IMG/VR virus record: IMGVR_UViG_3300024239_000015
Span: 124,001 to 188,000 of that record
Direction: 5' to 3' (one strand)
DNA length: 64,000 bases
The translations under genes and the position numbers were made by a program. Of this stretch, positions 48,410-57,373 are shown piece after piece. How positions within the stretch are numbered: the stretch's first letter is position 1; every line of letters begins with the position of its first letter. The notes under the pieces are model-generated. The model did not search any database and was not told the origin of the DNA. It saw only the letters and a program-made list of their open reading frames with translations.

Positions 48410-48487
48410 AGTCGATGCCTTCCTTTACTCTTAACGTTAAGATTCATACTACCGACGACACCGGGGCCGCCAGAAGCACTCAAATGA

Positions 48488-49033
48488 TTAATGCGTTTGT
48501 TCCAGCGCACAGAAAAGTTTGAACATTTCTGACTGTTCCAGCTCCCGGTGCGTCATCATTTTATTCAGCTCAATCAAGGTTTGTTCTAAGAACGCACTTT
48601 GTTCAAACTGAATCCAACTCCCCACGCCCATAAAGGCGATGGTTTCGTCAGAGACGCAGCACGGTACATAGGATGTTCTACGTACTGTAACGGGGACTGA
48701 GATCTCACTCAGCTCCACCCCACTCCGTTCTGCTACAGCCACTGCTGTATCGAACTCTGCTTCTGCAGCTTGTAGCTTGCTGCGATGTTTGGTTAACCAC
48801 GCATCGTTTTGTGGGTGGTCGGTAAAACTTTTAAAAGCGCCCGTTAGCCCTTTCAAATACCGTTCACGGCGATTGTGGTATGCGACGTAAAAACATACGT
48901 CCTGTACAGATAATTTGTCCTCCAGTAACGAGAGGTTCGTAAAGTCACTGACTGGTATTTGTCTAGACGTCGCTAGTTCTTTAAACCACTCTGGGATTAA
49001 AGCGACGTAACGAGTCACGGGATTTTGCATCAT
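48488..49033 (-). CDS. Conserved jumbo-phage protein (gp119-like position)
   Basis: 181-aa ORF between capsid and helicase. Confidence 0.7.
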   Translation of the reverse strand: MMQNPVTRYVALIPEWFKELATSRQIPVSDFTNLSLLEDKLSVQDVCFYVAYHNRRERYLKGLTGAFKSFTDHPQNDAWLTKHRSKLQAAEAEFDTAVAVAERSGVELSEISVPVTVRRTSYVPCCVSDETIAFMGVGSWIQFEQSAFLEQTLIELNKMMTHRELEQSEMFKLFCALEQTH

Positions 49034-49084
49034 AGTGAAATCCGCTTTTAAAAGGTTTATGGTTAATTAACAACAGGAGTTACG

Positions 49085-50251
49085 ATGGACGCTACCATGA
49101 TTCTGGTGCAGGCTTTATCTCTAGCCTACTGGGAAAGCCGTTTACAACACACGTCCGGCGGGTCCATACAATTGCTTAGCAACGTGTTAGAAGAAGTCCC
49201 TATCCCAGATCAGAACATCGATGGGGATCGTACACGAGAGATCGTCGTGGGGTTACGTGGTTTAGTGCTGCAGTATATCAACAAACCCGACCAAGGTGCG
49301 ATGAACCTTGGTACACTCCTGCAACGAGTAAGGATTATCTGTCGTGATCAAAATTCGATCTACGACGCATTTGCTAATGGTTTAGCAGATGGCTTAGAAG
49401 GCATTGAGATTCAAAAACGTTGCTTTTTATACGCACAGGAACTTTCTGACTTTGTGAACTTACGGAAGTTTCAAAAACAAGTCAAAGGGTTCTACGCCAA
49501 ACACGCGTACTCAGGCGAGCAGATCGACATCGCTTCAGCCGCAGCAGAAATGATCGAACAGTTAGAGCACTACGTGTATCACCGCGAGGGAGCTTTAATA
49601 GACGGAATTTCAGGGATTGTCGACTATGTCGATATTTCTGACGAAGAGAAAATGCAGGACTTGTTTAAGAAAGCTCAGGAGGAGTCGTCTTCTGAGGGTA
49701 TTCTGAAAGTAGGCTGGCAGGGGCTGACTCGGATGTTCGGTTGGCACGGCGGTCTGAGGCGAGGCGACTTTTACTTAATCGGTGCGCTGCAACACAACTA
49801 CAAATCAGGGATGGTTCTGAACCTCACTAAACAAGTTGCTTTGTATAACACACCGTACATGATCGACCCGAAGAAGAAGCCACTGATACTTGTTGTAGCC
49901 GCTGAAAACGCTACGACAGACAACATGACGTTTTTGTACTCTTCTTTAGTAGAGAATGAAACACAGCAACCAGCGGACTTGACTAGGGTCTCCTACGAGG
50001 AGATGACGTCCTATGTGAAGCGACGTTTAGGCGTGAACGGATACCACTTCCACCACGTACGTGTAAACCCCTCTGACTTTGGTTACCCAGAACTCTTTAC
50101 GTTGATTCTGAAACTAGAAGCAGAAGGATACGAGATACACCTACTGACGATTGACTACCTGAACATGTTCAGTAAAAAAGGTTGTACGGCTGGTGCCCAA
50201 GGGCAAGACGTGCGTGACCTATTTAGACGTGTAAGAAACTTTTGTGCTCCT
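49085..50251 (+). CDS. dnaB: Replicative DnaB-like helicase, exon 1 (phiKZ gp118-like)
   Basis: Variant Walker A GALQHNYKSG, Walker B LLTIDYLNM; ends RNFCAP directly before a TAA at the intron start. Confidence 0.85.
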
Positions 50252-50637
50252 TAATTACAGGGCGTTAAAGCCGTAAGGTTTTAATGAAACCTCTCTGAAC
50301 TGCTGGAAACCCCTAAAGCTGTTTCACCACTGCGAGGCGAAAGCCAAAGCCACGGTTTGAAAACGAAACGGATGTACAATGGGCAACCGTGAGACCTAAG
50401 GTCTCCTGTAGCAGCCAAGTCCCCTCCCGTCCTTGAGACGCGGGGAAAGGTTCAACGACTATCCCGTAGCTGGGAGTAGGACTCAAGTGAGTCCCAAGTG
50501 GAGAGCTCCTCCTATTCTACTAAGAGTAGAGGATGAAATGATATAGTCTGTTCTGTAGGGAAAGCCTACAGCTGCGTACCCACGCTGTGAAGCGTAAGAC
50601 GCGGGAGAGGTCTCACGAACCTCTCCGAACATAAAAG
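50249..50637 (+). ncRNA. Group I self-splicing intron (IA2-like), no homing endonuclease
   Basis: P3 ctctct(50291)/ggagag(50500); P4 ctgctg(50300)/tagcag(50409); P7 gactat(50457)/atagtc(50543); R ttcaacgactat; S atgatatagtc; P7.1 and P7.2 hairpins; GNRA-capped P2/P5/P9 stems; terminal G at 50637. Confidence 0.92.
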
Positions 50638-51012
50638 AGAAGAATAGCGGTCATGACACCGGCTCAGATCAGCACAGAGGCGAAGTACTTGTTGAGGAAT
50701 GGTGTAGATGACTTCGTGAAAGAAATCGCCAACAAAGGCTACTGGGACTCCTGTAAAACGATCGACCAAGAAGTCGATATGGAAATGTTGATCCATATCG
50801 TGAAACTCGATGGTCGGAGTTACTTAACGGTACAACGTGGGAAACACCGTGGCTTAGGCACCCGCATGACACCTGAGACAGATCTGTATACCGTACTTCC
50901 GTTTGAGCCTGTAGGTGGTATACGAGATGACATCCATGGTCGTGATACCAGTATGTCTCGTCCAGGGGGCGCTAACCTACACGGGGATGGCGGTGAGTGG
51001 TTTGCAGCATGA
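50638..51012 (+). CDS. dnaB: Replicative DnaB-like helicase, exon 2
   Basis: RRIAVMTPAQISTEAK...TIDQEVD...TVQRGKHRG are C-terminal DnaB motifs (H3/H4, Arg finger), in frame with exon 1 after splicing. Confidence 0.85.
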   Translation, partial: RRIAVMTPAQISTEAKYLLRNGVDDFVKEIANKGYWDSCKTIDQEVDMEMLIHIVKLDGRSYLTVQRGKHRGLGTRMTPETDLYTVLPFEPVGGIRDDIHGRDTSMSRPGGANLHGDGGEWFAA

Positions 51013-51401
51013 TCGACTACTATCTGTGGGGGATACTCCTTAAAAGTATCCTCGTGCTTATCTATTACTGGAATAAACACGAGCATCGAATTGCGTCAAG
51101 ACAACTCAACGTCACAGGACACCTTACAGCGATTTGGTCAGCGTGTATCTTAGCGTATACGCTCTGTCGTCAAACCCCTGTGCTTTTAGAGCAGTGGTTA
51201 TACGCCGTCGCTACTGTTGCGTTATTGGAGTTTATACTCTGGGTCCTTGAAGTACATTTCAAGCGAGTCTCTGTACTTAGAGGAAAACTTCTGTATAAAG
51301 AACACATGGACATCACCAAGGTCTTGCAAGGATTTGTACGCAGTAAAGCAATCTGGCTGTATTTACCCTACTGGAGTTTTTTACTCTGGTACAGCGCGTA
51401 A
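50997..51401 (+). CDS. Hypothetical multi-pass membrane protein
   Basis: 3-4 hydrophobic segments; the likely start ATG at 51009 overlaps the helicase stop. Confidence 0.65.
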   Translation: MVCSMIDYYLWGILLKSILVLIYYWNKHEHRIASRQLNVTGHLTAIWSACILAYTLCRQTPVLLEQWLYAVATVALLEFILWVLEVHFKRVSVLRGKLLYKEHMDITKVLQGFVRSKAIWLYLPYWSFLLWYSA

Positions 51402-51430
51402 TACAAAAAAAGAAATGAAGCAAAAAAAGT

Positions 51431-51462
51431 GCATAGAGGAGGCCCGAAGGCCTCCTCTATGC
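51431..51462. terminator. Terminator (UUCG loop on minus strand)
   Basis: gcatagaggaggcc-cgaa-ggcctcctctatgc with A runs on the left. Confidence 0.85.
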
Positions 51463-51466
51463 TAAG

Positions 51467-51855
51467 TAAGGTATGAAAGGTTAACACGGGTCTACGGACG
51501 AACATGGGTGAGTATTTCTACGATCATTCGTTAGCGTAGGTTTAGGTGTTGTGTGACTTTTAGTCATGCCGCCGTCGCGGTGTCTTGGAAGACGACTAGA
51601 AGTCAGTGACAAGGCAGGTTGGAAGGCTGCGCTCACCTTTATTACGCCGACTGTTCGTGTGGCACGCAAACGAGACGCGTGTGGAGGACTTTTCGGGACT
51701 CTTACATGACGCAGTAATCTTGGGGACTGCGTGGGCCGGAAACCACCGGTTGGCCGCTGCGCGGACAAGCAGTATTCCTTGTTTACCAAAGCCGGAGAGC
51801 TCTTGCTGTCTCCTGTAAAGGAGAGTAGCCAAATTGCCGCATCTTTCATACCTTA
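51467..51855 (+). ncRNA. Candidate large structured non-coding RNA of unknown class
   Basis: Perfect 13-bp closing stem (taaggtatgaaag/ctttcatacctta), long-range helices and at least eight local hairpins; G-U pairs and a GNRA loop favour the plus strand; no credible ORF. Confidence 0.6.
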
Positions 51856-52077
51856 AACTCCCTTCGGATGTTCGAGCACGAACGCTCGTGTAGATACACT
51901 CGTCAGAGTGCAGCTACGCAAACGAGGTGGTTAGCGAGGTTTGGTATTAATCGCGTACACTGTGAAAACGTACGTTTTACCATTGATCGCTAACTGAACA
52001 GTTTGGGGTTCTTGCATGGTGGATGTGTCCTAAAAGTTGAGTGGGGGAATGGGGGAATGTTCTACAGCGGCATAAAA

Positions 52078-52097
52078 GTGGGAGCTCACGCTCCCAC
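52078..52097 (-). terminator. Hairpin/terminator overlapping the stop of 52086..52328
   Basis: gtgggagc/gctcccac followed by TTTTATGCCG. Confidence 0.7.
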
Positions 52098-52328
52098 GTA
52101 GACACGTTGTGCCTGTGGAAAGTTGCGGGCTAGTAATTCAACATTCAGAGCAGTTTGGATGTCACGGATAAATTGCGCATCTAACTCTTCTGGAACGTCA
52201 CCTACTAACTCGTATGCAACTTTTACGGTTTGTTCGCCGGATTTTACTACGACGAAACCGTCTGGGATACCGACTTCACCTAATTGTTTCAGGTGGACTT
52301 CTACGTTGGGTCTTACTAAGGTTGCCAT
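52086..52328 (-). CDS. Small hypothetical protein in its own promoter-terminator unit
   Basis: 80 aa, CAGGAG RBS, promoter-like motif ~70 bp upstream. Confidence 0.75.
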   Translation of the reverse strand: MATLVRPNVEVHLKQLGEVGIPDGFVVVKSGEQTVKVAYELVGDVPEELDAQFIRDIQTALNVELLARNFPQAQRVYVGA

Positions 52329-52395
52329 GGTGTTTGCTCCTGTTGGCTGGGTGGAAAATTCCTAGGGATCTGACGTCAAGCGTCATATCAACTTT

Positions 52396-52421
52396 ATATT
52401 AAATATCTATAAAAGATTCGA
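52396..52421 (-). promoter_or_regulatory. 26-bp phage promoter-like motif
   Basis: atattaaatatctataaaagattcga. Confidence 0.7.
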
Positions 52422-52426
52422 GTCAG

Positions 52427-52457
52427 GCTACTCTAGGGCACTGCGCCCTAGAGTAGC
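52427..52457 (-). terminator. Intrinsic terminator/hairpin
   Basis: gctactctagggc/gccctagagtagc. Confidence 0.75.
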
Positions 52458-52467
52458 TTTATGTCGG

Positions 52468-53808
52468 TTAAGTTTTTGGGATAAAATACACCATGACCGA
52501 AGCCGTGGTTTGGTACGTCTCTGTGGTAAACCCAGGACGTTCTAACGCGGTATATGCCTCTACCCCAAGGACTGTGCCGTAGCCTTCTACTAAGCCTTGT
52601 GGGCCTTGATAGAAAATACGCATGGGCATACCGGGGACTAACAACTCAGGGTCTGCATCATTCCATACGAAATGTGCCAGTTGACCTTTACGCGCTGAGA
52701 GTTTAGAAAGCTCTCGTGCGATGTTGTCCGTCACACGACGCTGAAGCATCGGAGCGTTGTTGAGTTTAGACTCACGCTCCTGGACTTGTACTGTCGCTGC
52801 GGTTTTATCGGGCTGTAAAACACCCACTCCGTTCTCGACTTTCACAAACTCATTAAACTGTTTGGTGGCAACGCTAAACATTGCACCATTGCCTTCTGAG
52901 GTTTGTTTTTGGTCACTAAAGTCAAAATGCTTTACTGCCCCAGTAATTACAACAGTCACTCGATCGTTCTTTACGTCGTAGGTTCGTTCGGTGATCACCT
53001 GGTTGCGTGGGATGATATAAAAGTCCACGGCATATTTACTTTTGTTGTATCGCGTCGTGTCATACAACGGATATACATACAATAACTGTCGGTGTGAAAA
53101 AATACCGATGTCGTTGTTGTAGATCCCTCCCCCATGTTTCTGTAGATACCCTGGTAGGTTATAAAGCTCTACACCGTGTTGGATGTTGATCTGTTTCCTG
53201 ACGGTTTTGTTATCAGGCGTCACAAACTCCAACCCCTTTAATCGCTCGTTCTCTAACCCTTTGGTTTGGCTGATCGCTTGGGTGAGTAAACACTTGAGTA
53301 AATCTCCTGGTGTGGAGTTGACGTAAGGTCCACCAAAACGAACGTATTGCAGTTTATCAAACTCTATTGGAATCAACTGAAACTTTACGTTGACAAAGGT
53401 CTGAGTCCCGCTGACTTGTGCAAGACCTGACATACTGTTCTGTCCTAAGAGTCCAGGGTCTGTGTTCTCTAAAAGGACAGCACGGTAAGTACGCAGCGTA
53501 GGTGGGAGGGACTTGATGATCCCTCCCTGTAGTTCACCGACGACAATCCGTTTCAAATCTACCTTTAAGTCGTTTCTGTGTGGGTACACGTATTGACGGT
53601 ATTGTTCTAACACCATTAAGACTTCCAGAAAGCTTGTTTCCATAAACCCTTTGACAAAGTCTTTCTCTTGGTCAAAGTTTACTACCTTCCATGGAGAGAA
53701 CTTTCCTTTGGGGACTCGAAACTCAGCCGTCAGTTGTACAAACACAGGCCGAGGGGCACGTTGGATTTGCCGTACTGCCTCGGTGTAAAACATCGGTTTT
53801 AACGCCAT
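52468..53808 (-). CDS. Virion tail/baseplate hub protein (phiKZ gp101-like position)
   Basis: 446 aa; recalled synteny gp98-gp101. Confidence 0.55.
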   Translation of the reverse strand: MALKPMFYTEAVRQIQRAPRPVFVQLTAEFRVPKGKFSPWKVVNFDQEKDFVKGFMETSFLEVLMVLEQYRQYVYPHRNDLKVDLKRIVVGELQGGIIKSLPPTLRTYRAVLLENTDPGLLGQNSMSGLAQVSGTQTFVNVKFQLIPIEFDKLQYVRFGGPYVNSTPGDLLKCLLTQAISQTKGLENERLKGLEFVTPDNKTVRKQINIQHGVELYNLPGYLQKHGGGIYNNDIGIFSHRQLLYVYPLYDTTRYNKSKYAVDFYIIPRNQVITERTYDVKNDRVTVVITGAVKHFDFSDQKQTSEGNGAMFSVATKQFNEFVKVENGVGVLQPDKTAATVQVQERESKLNNAPMLQRRVTDNIARELSKLSARKGQLAHFVWNDADPELLVPGMPMRIFYQGPQGLVEGYGTVLGVEAYTALERPGFTTETYQTTASVMVYFIPKT

Positions 53809-54437
53809 GCGCGTACCCTCTCCCGACCTAAACCACTGAGTGCTGCGTTAAACACGTCAGGGGCTTCGTTGGTGTAGGTTTTCTGCTCACGTTCAAAGAG
53901 TGGGTTTGTGCCCACACCGTGTCTCCAATACTCCAACATCTGCAAGAAGTCAGAGGGAGGAGCCACAGGCTCAGGTCGCCATCGCTCTACCACAGGGTGG
54001 AGTGCGTTGATAAACTCTTGTAAGTCACTCGCGTCTTGTAAGACACGTTGTTTCTCAGGAGACGCTTGAATGGCACGTTGGCTGAAAAACATCGACTCAC
54101 TAAAGTACTCCGCGAGGACTTGGACGTGTTCGACCAGTAAGTCGTACAACTTTGCGATTTCTTGGGGTTTCTCGAACTGCACTGGAACGCCATCCAAGAT
54201 CAACTCTAGAATCGATTTGATCTGTGGAGTTTGTTCTGGGTCTCGTACCGCAGGGAGCTGACACAACACCATTTGCTTTAAAGCTGCTTCGTCGTGTTTT
54301 AAGTCCCCACTGGTGGGAGTTCCGTACAACTGGATGTGGTGATCAGTCAGTAAGTGGACTTGTGGAGCTTGTACCCACCAGAAGTAGTTAAACAACTTCC
54401 AGATAGGGGTAGCCTCCAAAGAAGGATACGTACGCAT
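53799..54437 (-). CDS. Conserved jumbo-phage hypothetical protein (gp100-like position)
   Basis: 212 aa, overlapping neighbours. Confidence 0.6.
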   Translation of the reverse strand: MRTYPSLEATPIWKLFNYFWWVQAPQVHLLTDHHIQLYGTPTSGDLKHDEAALKQMVLCQLPAVRDPEQTPQIKSILELILDGVPVQFEKPQEIAKLYDLLVEHVQVLAEYFSESMFFSQRAIQASPEKQRVLQDASDLQEFINALHPVVERWRPEPVAPPSDFLQMLEYWRHGVGTNPLFEREQKTYTNEAPDVFNAALSGLGRERVRAWR

Positions 54438-55759
54438 TAGTTAATCGCTCCTAAAGCATACACGCTTAAAAACAACACTAAAGGAGTAAAGTAAAACCGC
54501 TGTACTTCACTGAGGTTGTCAAGATCGCGTGCTAAGGTTAATACCCTGGCGAGCTGAGGGGTTTGATTGTCTAACACCGCTTTGAGTTCTTGCTCTAGTA
54601 CACACGTAGCAACGTAGTCCCTGTAGAACGCCTCAGAAACGACGTAGGCGGGCTCTAGAGGCCATAGGGGTACAGACACACTACTTTGTGTGTGTAAGAG
54701 CCCTGAAAGCTCTGTGGTGCTGATTTGAGCACTGAACGATTGGATCGTAGGTGGGGTACCTATCCAGTTAATCGGACGTGTGGCGTTGGGGTGGTCTTGA
54801 GCAGACTTCACCACAAGGTCAATCCCACTGTAGCGAATGGTTCTGTACAAAGGAGGTTGGAATACCGTCTTTGTAGGCAGTAACGCAAAATCACGACGAC
54901 ACCGCACCAGCTGCTTCGTGTCTCCTTTGAGTAGAACGTCAAATAGTGTCGTGACTGTTGCTGAGTTCACGTCATCGCACACCAGCTGTTCCGCTTTCTG
55001 GTAGAACCGATAGCGGTCTTTCGGAACCAGGTGGGAGATAAAGTCTACGACGTAAGGATCGTACGTGGTAGTGTCTTGGTCAGGAACCAAGAACGCTTCA
55101 AACTCATGCACGTAGTTTTGTTCAAAGTACTGGTTGATCAACGTCTGCTGTAGAGTCAGTAACGTCTGGTACTGTGCGTACTCCGACTCGACTAACATTG
55201 GGTTTCTACCCACACGTAAGAAATCACGAACGTAGATCACGTCCTTAGTGACTTTCTTTTCAAGATCTCGTGACGTGACGTCGTCCAGTAAGGAACGTAA
55301 CTCGTAACGGATTTCATACGCAGGTTGCTGGAAGATCGACTTCGGCTCAGCTGACGTTAGCGTAAAGAACCCAAGCTGTCCCGGACGGACTGGGGCGATA
55401 AACATATCCCCTACGTTGGGTACCACGTGCGGAAATACAAACGCGGTCCCTTCGACTTTGAACTCAGCGTTTTCAGTTAAGGACTGAGGCTCAATAGGTG
55501 TCGTGACTTTAAACTCAAACTCACGGATTCGCACGTACTGCTGGAGTGCAGGAGGGATACTGGGTGAGTACGCTGTAGGCTCACTGTCTACCCCTAACAC
55601 CTGACTGTAGTACGTAACTACCCACTTGGAGCCTTTGACGTGTGTGAGTAAATCGGTCGTTGGGATTAACCGCGTGTCGTTGGTAATCCCTCGGTAGGGT
55701 TGAGTCACTAAGTCCACAGGGGTTTGTGGAGGTGTGGTGTCATCGGTAAAGAAACTCAT
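54437..55759 (-). CDS. Virion neck/head-tail protein (gp99-like position)
   Basis: 440 aa; PNVGDMFIA motif; recalled synteny. Confidence 0.55.
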   Translation of the reverse strand: MSFFTDDTTPPQTPVDLVTQPYRGITNDTRLIPTTDLLTHVKGSKWVVTYYSQVLGVDSEPTAYSPSIPPALQQYVRIREFEFKVTTPIEPQSLTENAEFKVEGTAFVFPHVVPNVGDMFIAPVRPGQLGFFTLTSAEPKSIFQQPAYEIRYELRSLLDDVTSRDLEKKVTKDVIYVRDFLRVGRNPMLVESEYAQYQTLLTLQQTLINQYFEQNYVHEFEAFLVPDQDTTTYDPYVVDFISHLVPKDRYRFYQKAEQLVCDDVNSATVTTLFDVLLKGDTKQLVRCRRDFALLPTKTVFQPPLYRTIRYSGIDLVVKSAQDHPNATRPINWIGTPPTIQSFSAQISTTELSGLLHTQSSVSVPLWPLEPAYVVSEAFYRDYVATCVLEQELKAVLDNQTPQLARVLTLARDLDNLSEVQRFYFTPLVLFLSVYALGAIN

Positions 55760-57291
55760 GCTAAACGTCCTCTGCGGGTTTTAATTAGTAACTCATTGAA
55801 CATCCACCACCGGACTTCAAAACTGGTTGCACGTTGTTGACCTATTTTGCGTAGTCGTCCTACGACCTTGTCGTACCCTTCTTTCTCTACTAAGCGATTA
55901 GCGATCACCCGAGGAGTAAGTCCTTGGGGTTGCATAGGCGGATACACCCAGCGTAAGACCTTTAAACACACCTGAGGGTTTTGACGAAACCGTAGTTCGG
56001 TCTGTGTGTCTAGCAGGTCTAAGCCCCACAGGACGTTAAACCGAAACCGGTACTCTAACCGTGGGTCTAAGTCACGACTGCAAGTGATCACGAAGTTCTC
56101 GTCCATACTTAAGTAGGTGTAGTCAATGGGCACACCCCCTTCGTAGATCTCAATCTGTACTGGACAGTTATTCGCACCAAACAAAAATGCACGTTCTTGT
56201 TTTAGATACTCTAAAAGCTCAGGAACGATTTCGTACTCACCCAACTGAGTTAACGTCAGTACCGTACGAGGGGTGTCTGGGTTAATCAACAGCAACGAGG
56301 TGACGATGTTCAAGTAGTTGGCGTTTGGATACTTCGGTAACCAATCGTCGTAATGAGGGATAGTAATCCCTACCGTGTAGTCTTTCGTCAACCACGAGAA
56401 ACTCCGTGGTGTGTCAAGGATTTCGTCAATAAATCCTTTATCCGCTAAAGCTTCTGGTTTATAACTCGGTAGACGGTCATACAGTTTCGCTGGTACGGGC
56501 TGTTGATGCACCAATACAGGAATCTTCCCAATAATCGAAATCGGACGTTGGTACTGGAACACAAAGTCAAACGTCGCTTCGTACGTTGCACCGGTGGTTT
56601 TACTGGGTTCACTAGGTAGGGTATCACGGAACCACCCTTGTACGTTGATCTGGTCTTCCTGCACGTACGGTTCCATTTCCGAACCATCCAGTTTGGTAAT
56701 AAACGTAAACTTTTCTAGTGCAGCGTGGTTCTTCCAGTACACACCGAAGTCTTCTGCGTAGCCTTGTTTGGTTTCCCGTAAACGATGTAACTCTAAAAGG
56801 GTAGCAAACGCTGCAGGTGGGAATGGATACTGGTAACTGACTTTGTGGAGCTGATGTGCTTTGTTATTCCGTAGCTGCCTTACGAAGTTGTCTCTCCAAC
56901 GTACCGCGTCTTGTTTGTCTTCAGAGCGGAACGTGAAGGACAACGTCACTTCCATCGTGGTCGTAACGGGACGGTAAGCGATCCCTAAGTCGGTGTCTAA
57001 GAACAAATACTTCTGATCTTTCGTGGTAGAGTTCTGCGCGATCAACGTCGGTTCGTACTCGAGCTCTTGGTGTTTCACAAACACCGCTTGACGTTGGTCA
57101 AACTGAGGCCCTACTCCTTCTTCTAACCATCCTGAATTTGTTAAACGCAGGACTTGTTGGTCTCCAAAGAACCCCACGAAGGTTTGGTCGTGTATACCAC
57201 TATTGGCTAACACCTGTTTTAAAATAGATACTGCCACAGGACGGGTGATGCTCTGGTACGTCTCTGGTAGCATGTAGTTGATCAAAGGCAT
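55756..57291 (-). CDS. Virion structural protein (gp98-like position, tail completion)
   Basis: MPLINYMLPETYQSITRPV start behind GGGAG. Confidence 0.55.
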   Translation of the reverse strand: MPLINYMLPETYQSITRPVAVSILKQVLANSGIHDQTFVGFFGDQQVLRLTNSGWLEEGVGPQFDQRQAVFVKHQELEYEPTLIAQNSTTKDQKYLFLDTDLGIAYRPVTTTMEVTLSFTFRSEDKQDAVRWRDNFVRQLRNNKAHQLHKVSYQYPFPPAAFATLLELHRLRETKQGYAEDFGVYWKNHAALEKFTFITKLDGSEMEPYVQEDQINVQGWFRDTLPSEPSKTTGATYEATFDFVFQYQRPISIIGKIPVLVHQQPVPAKLYDRLPSYKPEALADKGFIDEILDTPRSFSWLTKDYTVGITIPHYDDWLPKYPNANYLNIVTSLLLINPDTPRTVLTLTQLGEYEIVPELLEYLKQERAFLFGANNCPVQIEIYEGGVPIDYTYLSMDENFVITCSRDLDPRLEYRFRFNVLWGLDLLDTQTELRFRQNPQVCLKVLRWVYPPMQPQGLTPRVIANRLVEKEGYDKVVGRLRKIGQQRATSFEVRWWMFNELLIKTRRGRLA

Positions 57292-57342
57292 GGGGATGTC
57301 TCCCTGAGACAAAAAAAAAGAAATAGGTTCAAAACTATACGA

Positions 57343-57366
57343 TTACGGGGCTTTTCAGCCCCGTAA
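57343..57366 (-). terminator. Intrinsic terminator/hairpin
   Basis: ttacggggct/agccccgtaa with a T9 run further downstream. Confidence 0.7.
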
Positions 57367-57373
57367 CACGTTT

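Noticed and set aside
50252-50637. Intein or stop-codon readthrough in the helicase
   Set aside because: The insert has stops in the frame and a complete group I RNA core
50653-51012. Independent 119-aa gene as given in the ORF track
   Set aside because: It carries the C-terminal DnaB motifs missing from 49085..50254 and is joined in frame by intron removal
46155-51528. Shared 13-mer tctacgatcattc between the two non-coding regions (inverted)
   Set aside because: About a hundred chance 13-mer matches are expected in 64 kb on both strands
51481-51849. 122-aa minus-strand ORF with GGGAG upstream
   Set aside because: Ser/Pro/Arg-rich, unlike the codon and amino-acid pattern of real genes here, and coincides exactly with the folded element. 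Not fully excluded.
51467-51855. MITE interpretation of the 13-bp terminal inverted repeat
   Set aside because: No target-site duplication, no second copy and no transposase in the window; dense internal pairing with strand-biased G-U pairs fits an RNA better
51467-52010. tmRNA, RNase P or group II intron assignment
   Set aside because: No tRNA-like GGGG/CCA ends; gaaaagtcc is misplaced and has no P4 partner; no domain V motif
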